A DNA stretch of 45,825 nt from Octopus bimaculoides (lineage: Eukaryota). The notes under the pieces were generated by a model, which saw nothing but the letters and a program-made list of their open reading frames with translations, was not told where the DNA came from and made no database searches. The stretch lies in the NCBI RefSeq assembly GCF_001194135.2, contig NC_068997.1, positions 797,495 through 843,319 on the forward strand. Direction: 5' to 3'. Positions 1 to 11,663 of this stretch are shown here, piece by piece. The position numbers and the translations under genes are program-made. Positions within the stretch are counted from its first letter, which is position 1. Each line of letters starts with the position of its first letter.

Positions 1-31
<31 letters not shown>

Positions 32-51
32 CATATATATATGCATATGTG

Positions 52-180
52 GGCACAGGACGTCGCGAAGCGTCTACAACAAAGAAATACGAAGCACGAG
101 TACATGGAATATGAACTGTTCTTTCGAACAACGAAAGACACAAATGGAAAACAAAAGAAACAACATAAAGAACGACCCTG
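52..180 (-). mobile_element. Probable Penelope-like element terminal-repeat fragment
   Basis: Non-microsatellite segment ending AAAGAACGACCC (168-179). The AAAGAACGAC 10-mer also forms the outer end of the 39951-40079 palindrome. Family assignment is recalled, not verified. Confidence 0.3.
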
Positions 181-1984
181 AGGAAAAGAGATCTTTCAAA
201 GAGGTGTGTTAAACATCTAATTCACTGGTACGTCAGTTGAATACCATAAAAATATGAGTATAATGCAATTACAATGATAAACTAAATAGAGATATACTGT
301 TGACAATCCAATAATTTAATTATATTATAATATTACATGATATACAATAAATATAATATATCATAAACAATTATTCAAAACCAGAAAGGCAAACAAATTG
401 TTTCGACTTATATACATTTTCTGATATACAAACACAATAACAGTTCCCTTATATATAAGTTACTACAGGGTCATGGTTTAAGGATAGACGGCTGAATTGT
501 AAAAGTTAATTCAAATGTCTATGTATTATGAACGTGAGTGTTAGCTATTCAATCACACATCAATTACAATTAAAAAAAAAAACAAACAAAAAACACTCTA
601 ACGGACGATACAACCAAGTAAGTGCAGTCTACAACCATCGAAATTCACTTCATTATATCTCAAACATATACCAATCGAAACCCTTTCATGTCCAAGATAG
701 TCCCTCTTCACCACAACATACAACAATAAGATATGTGTGTATATATATGTATATAACTAAGTATCTAAGTCTTCCCCTGTGTATAACTGCAACAAAAAAT
801 GTATAAACAATTACATCTTCAATACAACTCTTCTATTTATTTAAATTAATTGACATAAAATAATTATTGCTTAAATTAACTAATGATAATCTATATTTAT
901 TGTTTTCTCGGAGGGATAATTCTGTAGTAGATATAAGTAGAAACCTAACAAACATTTTCCTTGTTTACTTAATTTATCGTAGGGAGAATTCTGTAATAAA
1001 CATTAATATAATCCTAAGGCTTTAAATGCGATAACCAAAGTAGCCCATAGATATATATTTAGGCTATAGTAATGGAAATCAAATTTACTAATTTTTAAGA
1101 GGTAACCAGATTTGAAGTTACTTAAATAATCATTGGTATATTATGGAAGGGAGAATTTAGTGAATCGATAATCATTAATAAAAACGAAAAGTAATAAGGA
1201 CTGTTCTCGATGAACTAATCAATATAATTATTTACAAAATGTGGGACCATACATAGTGCGTATCCAAACTCTATCAATACTTTCAGAAGTAACAAACAAC
1301 ATTGTTGTAATAAGAATACAATTTATAAGCTATACAATACTATAATAATTATTATTTTGGTTATTAAATTTAGTACGTCGAATGAAACTATTTATTATTA
1401 TCATAATTATCATCAATTAATTAATAAATGAAATAAGTGTATTTATACAGCCATTCATTTAGTATGATGAAGACATTTTATTTGTAATATGTAATTAATA
1501 TTAAATACTATTATAATGATAAATTTATCAGTAACTACAAAAATATGCACTAAAATGAAACAATTCAGAATTGGTCCCCTAATAATCAATTTTCGAAATT
1601 AAGTTATTATATAGACTGAGAAGACAAAACTCAAATATATACATATCTACGCACACAGACACACATACATATATACATACATNNNNNNNNNNNNNNNNNN
1701 NNNNNNNNNNNNNNNNNNNNNNNNNNNNNNNNNNNNNNNNNNNNNNNNNNNNNNNNNNNNNNNNNNNNNNNNNNNNNNNNNNNNNNNNNNCACACATACA
1801 CTTATACACATGCACACACATATACATGTACACACATACATACGTACATATACATACATACACATATATACACACATACATATATAAAAAAAACATGCAT
1901 ACACGCATATATATACAAATACATTTACACACAAATATAAAAAGCGATATGATTACATGTTTATCATATGTAATCATATGGCTT

Positions 1985-2126
<142 letters not shown>

Positions 2127-2142
2127 TAATTTAACAGAATGA

Positions 2143-2340
2143 GATAAAAATCCAAGGCTGTGAAAGATTTCAGACCATTTATAAATAGGTCGTACAGCTG
2201 TTTCCAGGTTATTTTATAGATCCCTTCATCGGAGACGGTGTGAGAAAATAGTTAAGCAATAGTTATTCTAAGATAAGATATGAAATAGACAGTGAAGTGG
2301 AGGATTGAAAATAGACGTGAGATATGCAGGGATATTGTAT
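2143..2340 (-). mobile_element. Penelope-like pLTR fragment with a degenerate hammerhead motif
   Basis: Minus strand 2237-2188 reads CGTCT CCGATGA AGGGATCTATAAAATAACCTG GAAA CAGCTG TA CGACC. This gives a CUGANGA-like core, GAAA, palindromic ACAGCTGT and a GUA triplet. It lies next to a GIY-YIG remnant. Confidence 0.55.
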
Positions 2341-2418
2341 CTGTAGTTCCATTATTTAGGCACAATGGTATATATATATATATATATAAGATTCATGTAC
2401 CTTGTGAGTATATATATA

Positions 2419-2858
2419 TACATCGATCAAACGGGACGCCGCTTGGCTGACCGGTTCGCGGAACACCTCCGAGACATCAGACTCAGCAACGACACCCCGG
2501 TCTCGCTCTTCTTCCGCTCTACCAGTCACTCTTTACAACACCTGTGTTCAGATTGTCCTTGCACAGGGGCTATCTGGACTCCCGTCTTCGCCGTGCTCAG
2601 GGATTAAACTTCTTTCTTCGCTCCTTTGCGCCACATGGGCTGAACTCTCCTTCCCCCTCTTCATCTAACCTTCTTCCTCTCACACCTACTTCTTCCCACC
2701 TACCACTCCTCTCTTGCTCTGGCACCTACTTCCTCTCTTCACTTCTTCTCCCATCCGCCCACTCCCTTCATCGTCACCCCCTCCCTCGTTACCCCACCCT
2801 ACACATTCCAACCCCACCATCCCTATACATCCCGTCTCAACCCCAAACCATCCCTTAG
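2419..2858 (+). mobile_element. Penelope-like retroelement 3' fragment: degenerate GIY-YIG endonuclease (2419-~2646) and a pyrimidine-rich 3' region running into a gap
   Basis: YIDQTGRRLADRFAEHLRDIRLSNDTPVS..., then after a frameshift SRLRRAQGLNFFLRSFAPHGLN. This matches the PLE GIY-YIG pattern YIG[EQ]TGRRLxDRFxEHLRDI...EQxLIFxLxTLxPxGIN. Confidence 0.85.
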
Positions 2859-3483
2859 NNNNNNNNNNNNNNNNNNNNNNNNNNNNNNNNNNNNNNNNNN
2901 NNNNNNNNNNNNNNNNNNNNNNNNNNNNNNNNNNNNNNNNNNNNNNNNNNNNNNNNNNNNNNNNNNNNNNNNNNNNNNNNNNNNNNNNNNNNNNNNNNNN
3001 NNNNNNNNNNNNNNNNNNNNNNNNNNNNNNNNNNNNNNNNNNNNNNNNNNNNNNNNNNNNNNNNNNNNNNNNNNNNNNNNNNNNNNNNNNNNNNNNNNNN
3101 NNNNNNNNNNNNNNNNNNNNNNNNNNNNNNNNNNNNNNNNNNNNNNNNNNNNNNNNNNNNNNNNNNNNNNNNNNNNNNNNNNNNNNNNNNNNNNNNNNNN
3201 NNNNNNNNNNNNNNNNNNNNNNNNNNNNNNNNNNNNNNNNNNNNNNNNNNNNNNNNNNNNNNNNNNNNNNNNNNNNNNNNNNNNNNNNNNNNNNNNNNNN
3301 NNNNNNNNNNNNNNNNNNNNNNNNNNNNNNNNNNNNNNNNNNNNNNNNNNNNNNNNNNNNNNNNNNNNNNNNNNNNNNNNNNNNNNNNNNNNNNNNNNNN
3401 NNNNNNNNNNNNNNNNNNNNNNNNNNNNNNNNNNNNNNNNNNNNNNNNNNNNNNNNNNNNNNNNNNNNNNNNNNNNNNNNNNN

Positions 3484-3511
<28 letters not shown>

Positions 3512-3515
<4 letters not shown>

Positions 3516-4170
3516 GTCTTGGTTTATCTAGCTGAAGAGAACTAATCAAATTTACCTTAACAAGCACACTTTGAAGAGTTCGAAACCTAGGTCCTAGATT
3601 ATCCACATCTAGGTTGTACATTTATCTGATGTTCTTCCAACAGGTAATATGAATTTTTTTATGTTCACTACTCTTACACATCTTTGCCAGTATATATACA
3701 GTGAAGCTTTACTATACCGTCGTATATTATCGACTGCTATTTCCCGTAAATATTGGTGCATGGTTGCACCACTATTCTATATTTATGCTTTAACCTTATG
3801 GTGCTTTATTTTACTGGAAGGCAATACTATAGTTTTGCATTATTTAATAATTTTTTTCATTGAAAACCTTTTCACTGTTCTCAGTTCTCTTAACGGGTAG
3901 GAGTTCAGGAAAAATATACTGGCATTGATGTATCAACATTTAAAATTTTGTCTTGGTGAATGTAGCTGCGGAGAACTAATCAAATTTACATTAACAAACT
4001 TATTTTGAAGAGTTCGAAACTTGGGTCCGAGAATTTATCAAATGTTCTTCCTACAGGTAAGGTGGAATCTTCTATGCTCGCCACCCGCACACATCTTTGC
4101 CAGTATATATATACAGTGGAGCTTTACTATAGCGTCGACTGCTATTTTCAGTAAATATTGGTGCATTGTT
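3512..4170. repeat. Diverged direct duplication (units ~3512-3770 and ~3944-4170, period ~430 bp)
   Basis: Shared blocks include GAGAACTAATCAAATTTAC, TTTGAAGAGTTCGAAAC, CACATCTTTGCCAGTATATATA, GCTTTACTATA, TCGACTGCTATTT and GTAAATATTGGTGCAT. Confidence 0.9.
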
Positions 4171-4177
4171 CTAATAC

Positions 4178-4217
<40 letters not shown>

Positions 4218-4247
4218 NNNNNNNNNNNNNNNNNNNNNNNNNNNNNN

Positions 4248-4292
4248 TATATGTAACATACAGAAAATTGCACTACTGGGTACTGCACACAC
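4248..4292 (+). mobile_element. Short 3'-terminal fragment of a Dong/R4-like LINE ORF
   Basis: Translates NIQKIALLGTAH, the C-terminal motif of REL-endonuclease LINEs. Compare FQKTVLLGTARILRK at ~21955-21995. Confidence 0.55.
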
Positions 4293-4777
4293 ACATATAC
4301 ATATCAACATAAGCCTGTGTCTATACATATATATCAGTGCGCACGCACACACACACAATCAAGCAGACAAACACGCAAAAACGTTTTTCTAAGTTAATAT
4401 CATGGGATTCTACACAGTTATTCATGTTTAAATATCAATGAGAAAACTGTTTGTTAGTTAGAAGATTGACTGCTTCTTGATTTCATAATATCTCTGGAGA
4501 GAAACTATAAAATATTTTGATATAAAAACTGATAATTAAGCTTGTAAATCTTTTGAAAATTTAATAAATTAAGTTTAAATTAAGAACGCGTATGTCTAAC
4601 TGTATAGCGGTACTTAAAATATATCATGTGATCGATAATATACTTTGTCTCTTAGGCGATAACAGTAGTTTAGACTTGGTTTAGACAAGGTAGATCTACG
4701 GAGGTGCGTCAACTAGTTCGATCTTCTCAGTAAGAAAAAGTATTTGTGATAGTTTAGTGCCCTTTGCAGAAGATAGT

Positions 4778-5165
4778 GGAGGCTCAATGGCCCAGTGGTT
4801 AAGGCAGCGGACTCGCAGTCATAGGATCACGGTTTCGATTCCCAGACCGGACGTTTTGAGTGTTTATTGAGCGAAAACACCTAAAGCTCCATGAAGCTCC
4901 GGCAGGGGATGGTGACGAACCCTGCTGTACTCTTTCACCACAACTTTCTCTCACTCTTTCTTCCTGTTTCTGTATTACCTGTATTTCGAAGGCCCAGCCT
5001 TGTCACACTGTGTTACGCTGAATATCCCCGAGAACTACATTAAGGGTAGACGTGTCTGTGGAGAGCTCAGCCACTTGCACGTTAATTTCACGAGCAGGCT
5101 GTTCCGTTGATCGGATCAACTGGAACCCTCGACGTCGTAATCGACGGAGTGCCAACAACAACAAC
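4778..5165 (+). mobile_element. Full-length tRNA-derived SINE, family A (tRNA-Arg-like head)
   Basis: Head GGAGGCTCAATGGCCCAGTGG has a box A (4788-4798) and a box B-like GGTTTCGATTCC (4831-4842). It shows an anticodon-like TCG, a ~300 bp body and an (AAC)n tail ending at 5165. Confidence 0.85.
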
Positions 5166-5848
5166 GCAGGGGAAGATACAACTCTCATCCAATTACTATA
5201 GAGAAATCGTTGTTTAGTGCCAATTCAAAAGATATCTGCGTTTCTTTGTAATTATAATCACTAGAGTGGGAGAAGACCAATGATGGTTAAGGTTGAGGGA
5301 TATTCAATTCAGAATAAAAATGCACAAATGTGTCTGTTTGAGGAGGCTGTGATGAAGGAGTGCAACATTTTCTTTTCTGCAAGGCTCTTCAATACCTACA
5401 AAAGAGTCAACTCAAAACATTTGTTGTGTGCTTTTTATATAAAAAGAAGGAACAGCAATCACGATTTTTTGCAAGGTCTATGAGACAGTAACAACTAGAA
5501 ACAAAACATCGAAATATTAAGTTGTCCTCAGAAGGAAACCGAGTTCTAATACTTGCCATGAAAGTATCTGTTAACAAGGTTAGTAATATAGAGTTCTCAC
5601 TGCACATCAATATTTCATATCATACAGACCATCTTTAGTCTTCTAAATTACTGTCTTTGTGTAAAATGATATTTCTACGGATTAAAGTGGCGTAGGTTCG
5701 TAATGCAATTATAAAAATTATAAAGAAATAAAACATTATTAGAAAGGAGCACACGAACTCAATAATGTACGTTTATTGAAAGTTGGGGAAAGATTATGGT
5801 AACGATTTGGCTAGACAGTCAATTATTTCTTTAGTTGAAAATATATTT

Positions 5849-5917
5849 GTGTGTGTGTATGTGTGTGTGCGTGTGTGCGCGTGCGTGTGTGCGCGTGCGT
5901 GTGTGCGCGTGCGTGTA
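5849..5917. repeat. (TG)/(TGCG) compound microsatellite
   Basis: Seen directly. Confidence 0.9.
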
Positions 5918-6077
5918 AAGCTCTTTAATTGTGAATAGATATTGTATTAGAGTTAAAAACTATTCAAGAGAAATTGAGTTAAATGCGTGTTTTTATGTAA
6001 GAATGTTTAAGTAATTACAATAGTGGCAAGTAAGAGACGGAGGAAATAAATTGAATTGGGAACTGACTGCTAGCCAA

Positions 6078-6136
6078 AATAAATAAATACATAAATAAAT
6101 AAATAAATAGATAAATAAATAAATAAATAAATAAAA
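6078..6136. repeat. (TAAA)n microsatellite
   Basis: Seen directly. Confidence 0.9.
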
Positions 6137-6664
6137 TCCTCATTTTATAATGATANNNNNNNNNNNNNNNNNNNNNNNNNNNNNNNNNNNNNNNNNNNNN
6201 NNNNNNNNNNNNNNNNNNNNNNNNNNNNNNNNNNNNNNNNNNNNNNNNNNNNNNNNNNNNNNNNNNNNNNNNNNNNNNNNNNNNNNNNNNNNNNNNNNNN
6301 NNNNNNNNNNATGAGATTATTGACATAATCTTATGTGGTTATAGTCGCCATGACAACAAATAATTATTTTCTCCTTGATCAATATTTAAATTGGAAAGCG
6401 GGAAATAGTTGTCAAAGTGGATTGTTACACTTACTCTCCGATGTCGCCTTTTTCTTGAGATGAAGCCACGAGACAAGCCTCTATGCTATGGAAACAAAGT
6501 AGCCTCAATAAGATTATTAACCCATTTTACTACAGCAACTAAATTTGTACTAACCCAATATCTACCGTCTGAAAAGATACATACATATATACTTTCTTTT
6601 ATGATTTAGAGAGATGAAAGAACAGTGTCCATGGCTGTCACGAGTCTTGTGAGTCTGGTATGTT

Positions 6665-7190
6665 TAAAATGGTTTATATTTAGCTTGAACAACCATAAAC
6701 CGACGTCTACAGGAAAGTGCGGGTGGTGAGAGAATTCCAGAGAGTTGTTTTGGAGAGGAACTAATAAGCTTATATGAGAGAACTGAGATGAGAAATAGAA
6801 AGGAGACGAGAGAAGGAAAGACGCGTGTGTTGGATGTGTGATAGGAGTAGAGACTGATGTAGTGTAAGTAGAATAGATAGAAGAGAAACAATGCGAGTGA
6901 TGTGGACCGTTAGTTGTGCTTTGGTGAATACGTATTTATGAATTGGATGGACTTCTTTTCGATGCAGACGAGCATATTTCTGTGTGGATGGGGCAGCAGC
7001 AGCAACACCATCCATGATCTGAAAGTAATATCCTATTACACATACGAGTTAATCCTTGTAGATCAGAAAATGATCAGACTTGAAACCTTGGAAATATATA
7101 ACAGGATAGCATGGTTTGAGCAGCAGTTGTACAACAGAAAATTCAACACTAACATACATAATCTTCAGTAATCCGAAGCACTAAATATCT
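6665..7190 (-). mobile_element. Highly degenerate CR1/L2-group LINE, C-terminal ORF2 fragment
   Basis: Frameshifted minus-strand translation gives LIYK...YYFQIMDG...NMLVCIEKKSIQFIN...TRIVSLLS...TTLWNSL...FPVDVGLWLFKLNIN. This parallels the CR1/L2 C-terminal series LYKxxIRPxxEY-HIWxG-LDRIQKxAIRLIN-RRxVxSL-LWNSLP-FKxxVN. Confidence 0.6.
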
Positions 7191-8751
7191 GATGTAGGTC
7201 GACATGTGAACCGTACCCAAACGTTTGACCAATCAGCTAAATGATAATATTTGTACAAATAATGCCTAGCATGTGGTGAACATACTTCCATTTAATTTTT
7301 AATCAATCTAAATTTTTGAACTTTACTCTCTTGTCTTTCTTAGCAAGAATTATCATTAGCGCTTTTGACTTTTCATCTGATTTCAATAAATCTTCTATTG
7401 GCTTCACTTCGTCAAGTAAGTTAGCATACACCTGTGTCTTAGGAGGATCATTATGCCAATAATAATAAGCACACGCACGGGTTAAGTATCACTTTAGATA
7501 TTTAAATGATTGACTAACAATAAATAAGTGATACTGAAACTGTGCGTGTGTTTATTATTATTATTGGTGTTATGACCTTCCCAAGACACAACAAGATTCA
7601 TTTTAACACACGAATTCACATTAAGAATCTTGCAAACCAAATACAAAAACGAAGTAACAATATGTTGTTCAAGCAGAAGGCATCCTTGGGAAATTTGCCA
7701 CTTTCAAAACTTAATCTCGAACTTCAAACACATATTTCGAGCGTTACGTCATATTATTAATTAACTTCTTCTTTTGTTAGCTGGAGGTAAAATTGATATT
7801 GGAGACAAATTACACACGCACACACACACGACGCGCGCGCGCACATACACACACATACACACACTCATACACACACACACATACAAACACACACACACGC
7901 ACACGCACACGCACGCGCATACACTGGTTTATTTATGAATAGCCTAGGGAAAAATGTATTGATAAGGATTTCGAACCTTTCGTGCAATTAGCAAATTTTT
8001 AAATGATAATGCGGATATTATAATGAAACCTTAAAGAGGAGTGCTTATATAGAGAAAATTAAATATTATGAACACTAAATTGAAGTGCGTACTTAAAGAT
8101 TGCGAAATTACCGACATAACGCATAATAGCTGTTTGGGGAAAAGGAATGGAAGTATTAAGTTATATAAAACGGCAAATGTATGAAGGGGAAAATATAATG
8201 CATAAAATCTGATCTTTAAGGGAGCATGCATCTAATACAAATACTGATAATTTATTATTTATAAGGGATAGAAAATCTCACTGGTATGGGGGTTCATTAC
8301 TCGTGTCTAAGAGGGGAAAATATCGCAAGATAAACAGAATAGCATGAACTTAAGTACTTCAAATAATAATCTGCTACCATGAGAAATACTTGAAGCCTTT
8401 GTGGGTAATATAAACTCTGACAGCATGTACGGAGAGGTGTTAAAAATAATAAAACTATTACTTGAACTACTGGTATTACAACCTTGAACGAACACACGCT
8501 TAGTGAAAACACCATGCGAGTAAAGACACTTGCAAAGCGTTCTTACATTGAAATTATCAATGGTTCTGATAACTGCAGTGACACTTTACAGAAAGTAATT
8601 CAAAAAATAGGAAGAAAAATATTATCTGATATAATTTACCGTTCTGTACCCGATTGAAATCATTAATTGTAAGGATCTTCTTTGAAATACTTAGAAGAAA
8701 TTTCCTCCGCAACACAGACACCATCAGATATTTAATAGATACACGGTAAAA

Positions 8752-9005
8752 CAGTCATACTCAACCATCCCAGGTCTAGGGTCTCTAGTAGCAACTCAAA
8801 TAGAACTAATCAAAATGAGAAGCCTGATGGGATACATTCTAAAATAGTATTTGGGATTAGTAAAAAGACTAATTAAATAAAACTTATCTTACAAACGCTA
8901 GTATTTTTTTTTTTATTGTTTTGTGTACTGTATTGCAGATAAATTTTAACAACAAATCTTAAATGGATCTCCAAGAGTCATATGGACCTCGGTTGAGAAT
9001 CACTG
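8752..9005. mobile_element. Probable hAT (Charlie-like) non-autonomous element
   Basis: Imperfect terminal inverted repeats CAGTCATACTCAACC (8752) and GGTTGAGAATCACTG (8991-9005). No matching 8 bp TSD was recovered. Confidence 0.4.
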
Positions 9006-9139
9006 CTCTTGATGATAGACACATAGATTTAGGGATGGAGAGTTTTAATAACCCTGACTCTTTAAATTCGGGCAAGACTATTGCTAATAAAATGAAGAAA
9101 CTACATAATTCACGTAAAATTTGAATCCTAAGAAGCATT

Positions 9140-9485
9140 TTATCTTTCTTTTATCTTTTATCTTTTACTTGTTTCAGTCATTTAACTGCGGCCATGCTGG
9201 AGCACCGCCTTTAGTCGAGCAAATCGACCCCAGGACTTATTTTTTGTAAGCCTACTACTTATTCTATCGGTCTCTTTTGCCGAACCGCTAAGTTACAGGG
9301 ACGTAAACACACCAGCATCGGTTGTCAAGCGATGTTGGTGGGACAAACACAGACACACAAACATATACACGCACATACACATATATATATATTTACACAT
9401 ATACGACGGGCTTCTTTCAGTTTCCATCTACCAAATCCACTCACAAGGCTTTGGTCGGCCCGAGGCTATAGTAGTGGGACTGAAC

Positions 9486-9488
<3 letters not shown>
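9140..9488 (-). mobile_element. tRNA-derived SINE, family B (most of the head deleted)
   Basis: Reverse complement of the family B body (GGAAACTGAAAGAAGCCCGTCG, CGACTAAAGGCGGTGCTCCAGCATGG, TGACTGAAACAAGTAAAAG), with a purine-rich tail. Confidence 0.9.

Positions 9489-9543
<55 letters not shown>
9488..9543. repeat. (GA)n microsatellite
   Basis: Seen directly. Confidence 0.97.
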
Positions 9544-9547
<4 letters not shown>

Positions 9548-9557
9548 TATACATATG

Positions 9558-9706
9558 CGAGGGGCTTCCTGTCTACAAATCCACTCGCAAGGCTTTGGTC
9601 AGGGTGAGGTTTTAGTAGAAGACACTTGCCCAAAATGCCATGCAGTGGAACTGAACCCGGAACCATTTGGATGGGGAGTGAACTTGCTTCCACACAGCCA
9701 CGCCTG
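9558..9706 (-). mobile_element. SINE family B, 5' half (tRNA-like head)
   Basis: Minus strand begins CAGGCGTGGCTGTGTGGAAG and contains CCGGGTTCAGTTCCACTGCATGGCATTTTGGGCAAGTGTC, homologous to the head at 13961. Confidence 0.85.
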
Positions 9707-10411
9707 TGTCAATATGCATAACATGCATAATAATAGCAACAATATTTAAAATAGCGATAATAACAATACATTAGCTGTCATTGTAGGACTGGCTCATCGT
9801 TATATATTCGGATTTAACTGCGTACGTATTAATACAGTCTGTAAATATACCGTAAAATGCATAATATCTACGGATATTACATAATATCGACTAAAACCGT
9901 GTCAAACAACGTATGTTGATGCATAGTAACTCCTTTGTTAATCCGAATGTTAGGTTCATCTACATTTATAGCGGAGTATGCAGTAAGTTTAAAATCTAAA
10001 GGTGCTAAATTAATGATGCACAGAAATGTTAATTCTTTCAAACTATATCATGGAGATAAACAAGCTTGTCGCTTTTTCCTTACACAGAAAGCATTTAAAA
10101 TCCTTATGGCAGTTGATTATTCTTATTAAATATATGAAGCAAATTTATCGTCTAAATGGGCCCTTAAAATTTAAATTGAATAAACGTGCGCTTGTTTTTG
10201 CATAACGCAATTAAACGTTATATGAATATTCGTGAAACACTTGTAATTCCTGATTTCCTTTTCCTTTCATTCTGCCCCTCCATTTCTCATTTTAATTGTA
10301 AAGATCACGAACAAACTAAATCAAACTGAATCATGCAAGCAAAGGATGGAGAATCGTGAATGGATAAATAACCAATATATATTTTCATACTATAACGAAA
10401 AGAGTGTTATA

Positions 10412-11620
10412 TACGAAGGTCGGCTGAAAAATTCATAGGCTGGTCAGCACAGCGTCTTAGGATGTCACCAAATGTTGTTTGTCTTTATAGACTCTTTTGC
10501 GATATAGACTCTTTTGCGATCCTTGCTCTTCTTTCATCGATGCTGAAATGCTTGGACCATATTGGTGAAGAAGCTTTCCTCATGTTAGTTAAAAAATGTC
10601 AACAGCAGATATGAATTCATCATCACTGTGATATTGGTTCCCAGTCAAGTGTTTTTTCATGTTAGTCAACAAATGATAGACAAGAGAATAGGGGATGTTC
10701 AACCAGTTGAAAGCCATAGTCACGCACGGCAGCCATTGAAACCAATAATGGCTGCCGTGCGTGACTTGTGTGCTGAGGCAGTGTCTTGAAACAAGATCCC
10801 TGTTGTCAGTTTTCCTGGGCGTTTGGTCTTTATAGTCTTTCGTAACTACCTCAGCAAGTTGACATAATACTCCCCATTGATGGCGTGAAACTTTTGAGGA
10901 TTATCAATAAAGACAATGCCTTTTGTATTTCAAAAAACTGAGACAATCACCTTCCCTGCAGATGAAACGGCCTTGGTCTTCTTTGGAGCAGGTAATGTGT
11001 GGTGTTTCCACTGCAGAGATTGTTTCTTTGTCCCTGACTCAAAGTGATGAAGCAATCACACATACTGGCTTCGGAAAAGTTCAAGAAAACCAGCTGGATC
11101 TGCCTCAAACACTGTCAGACTTTCCAGTGATGTGATCAGACTGGTGCACTTTTAATCAGATGTCAGATGTGGCACCCACCGAACAGAAACCTTCGTCATG
11201 CAATATCATTGTCCAGATATGCTAATACCATTGGCTATTTGAGTTATAGTCAATCGCCTGTCATCCATCACCATTTAGTGAACACGATCAATGTTTTTCC
11301 TCAGTGGTAGCAGTGGCAGGACGTCCAGGCCTCGAGTCATCTTCAAGACTCTTCCTTCCACTCCTAAATTCAGCTGCCCACTTTTGCACAGTTGATAAAT
11401 TTGGAGTGTCATCCTCTAATGCAGCAACCATGTCAGTATGAATGTCCTTGGGAGTTAAACCTTTTTTTTTTGTCTGCAGGTGCTTGATAACACCACGATA
11501 CGAAATTTTGTCAATTTTCGAGGGAAGTCACTACTAGTTACTTTTAATGTCTTGTTGGAACAGTCAGATGTTAGTTTACCTGGAAAGAAACAATACAATT
11601 ATCAATAAGAAGAGTTGAAC
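10412..11620 (-). mobile_element. Mariner-family DNA transposon, inactive; transposase pseudogene at ~11515-10480
   Basis: Minus-strand translation DKISYRGVIKHL...GLTPKDIHTDM...VQKWAAEF...LEDDSRPGRP...VRWVP...QSLQWKH...KVIVSVF...NMKKHLTGNQYHSDDEFISAVD. The start ATG is mutated to ATT. There are multiple stops and frameshifts, and the YSPDLAPSD motif is largely deleted. One TIR (TA-CGAAGGTCGGCTGAAAAATTCATAGGCTG) is at 10412; the other was not found. A 17 bp tandem duplication lies at 10486-10519. Confidence 0.93.
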
Positions 11621-11628
11621 GTTTATTT

Positions 11629-11663
<35 letters not shown>

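Noticed and set aside
905-1165. Three GGGA(G/T)AATT motifs in AT-rich DNA
   Set aside because: Short, irregularly spaced and with little flanking similarity. Not enough to call a repeat.
4778-4850. tRNA-Arg-like sequence as a tRNA gene (likewise the family B and C heads)
   Set aside because: No clean cloverleaf or acceptor stem, and it continues into a SINE body and tail.
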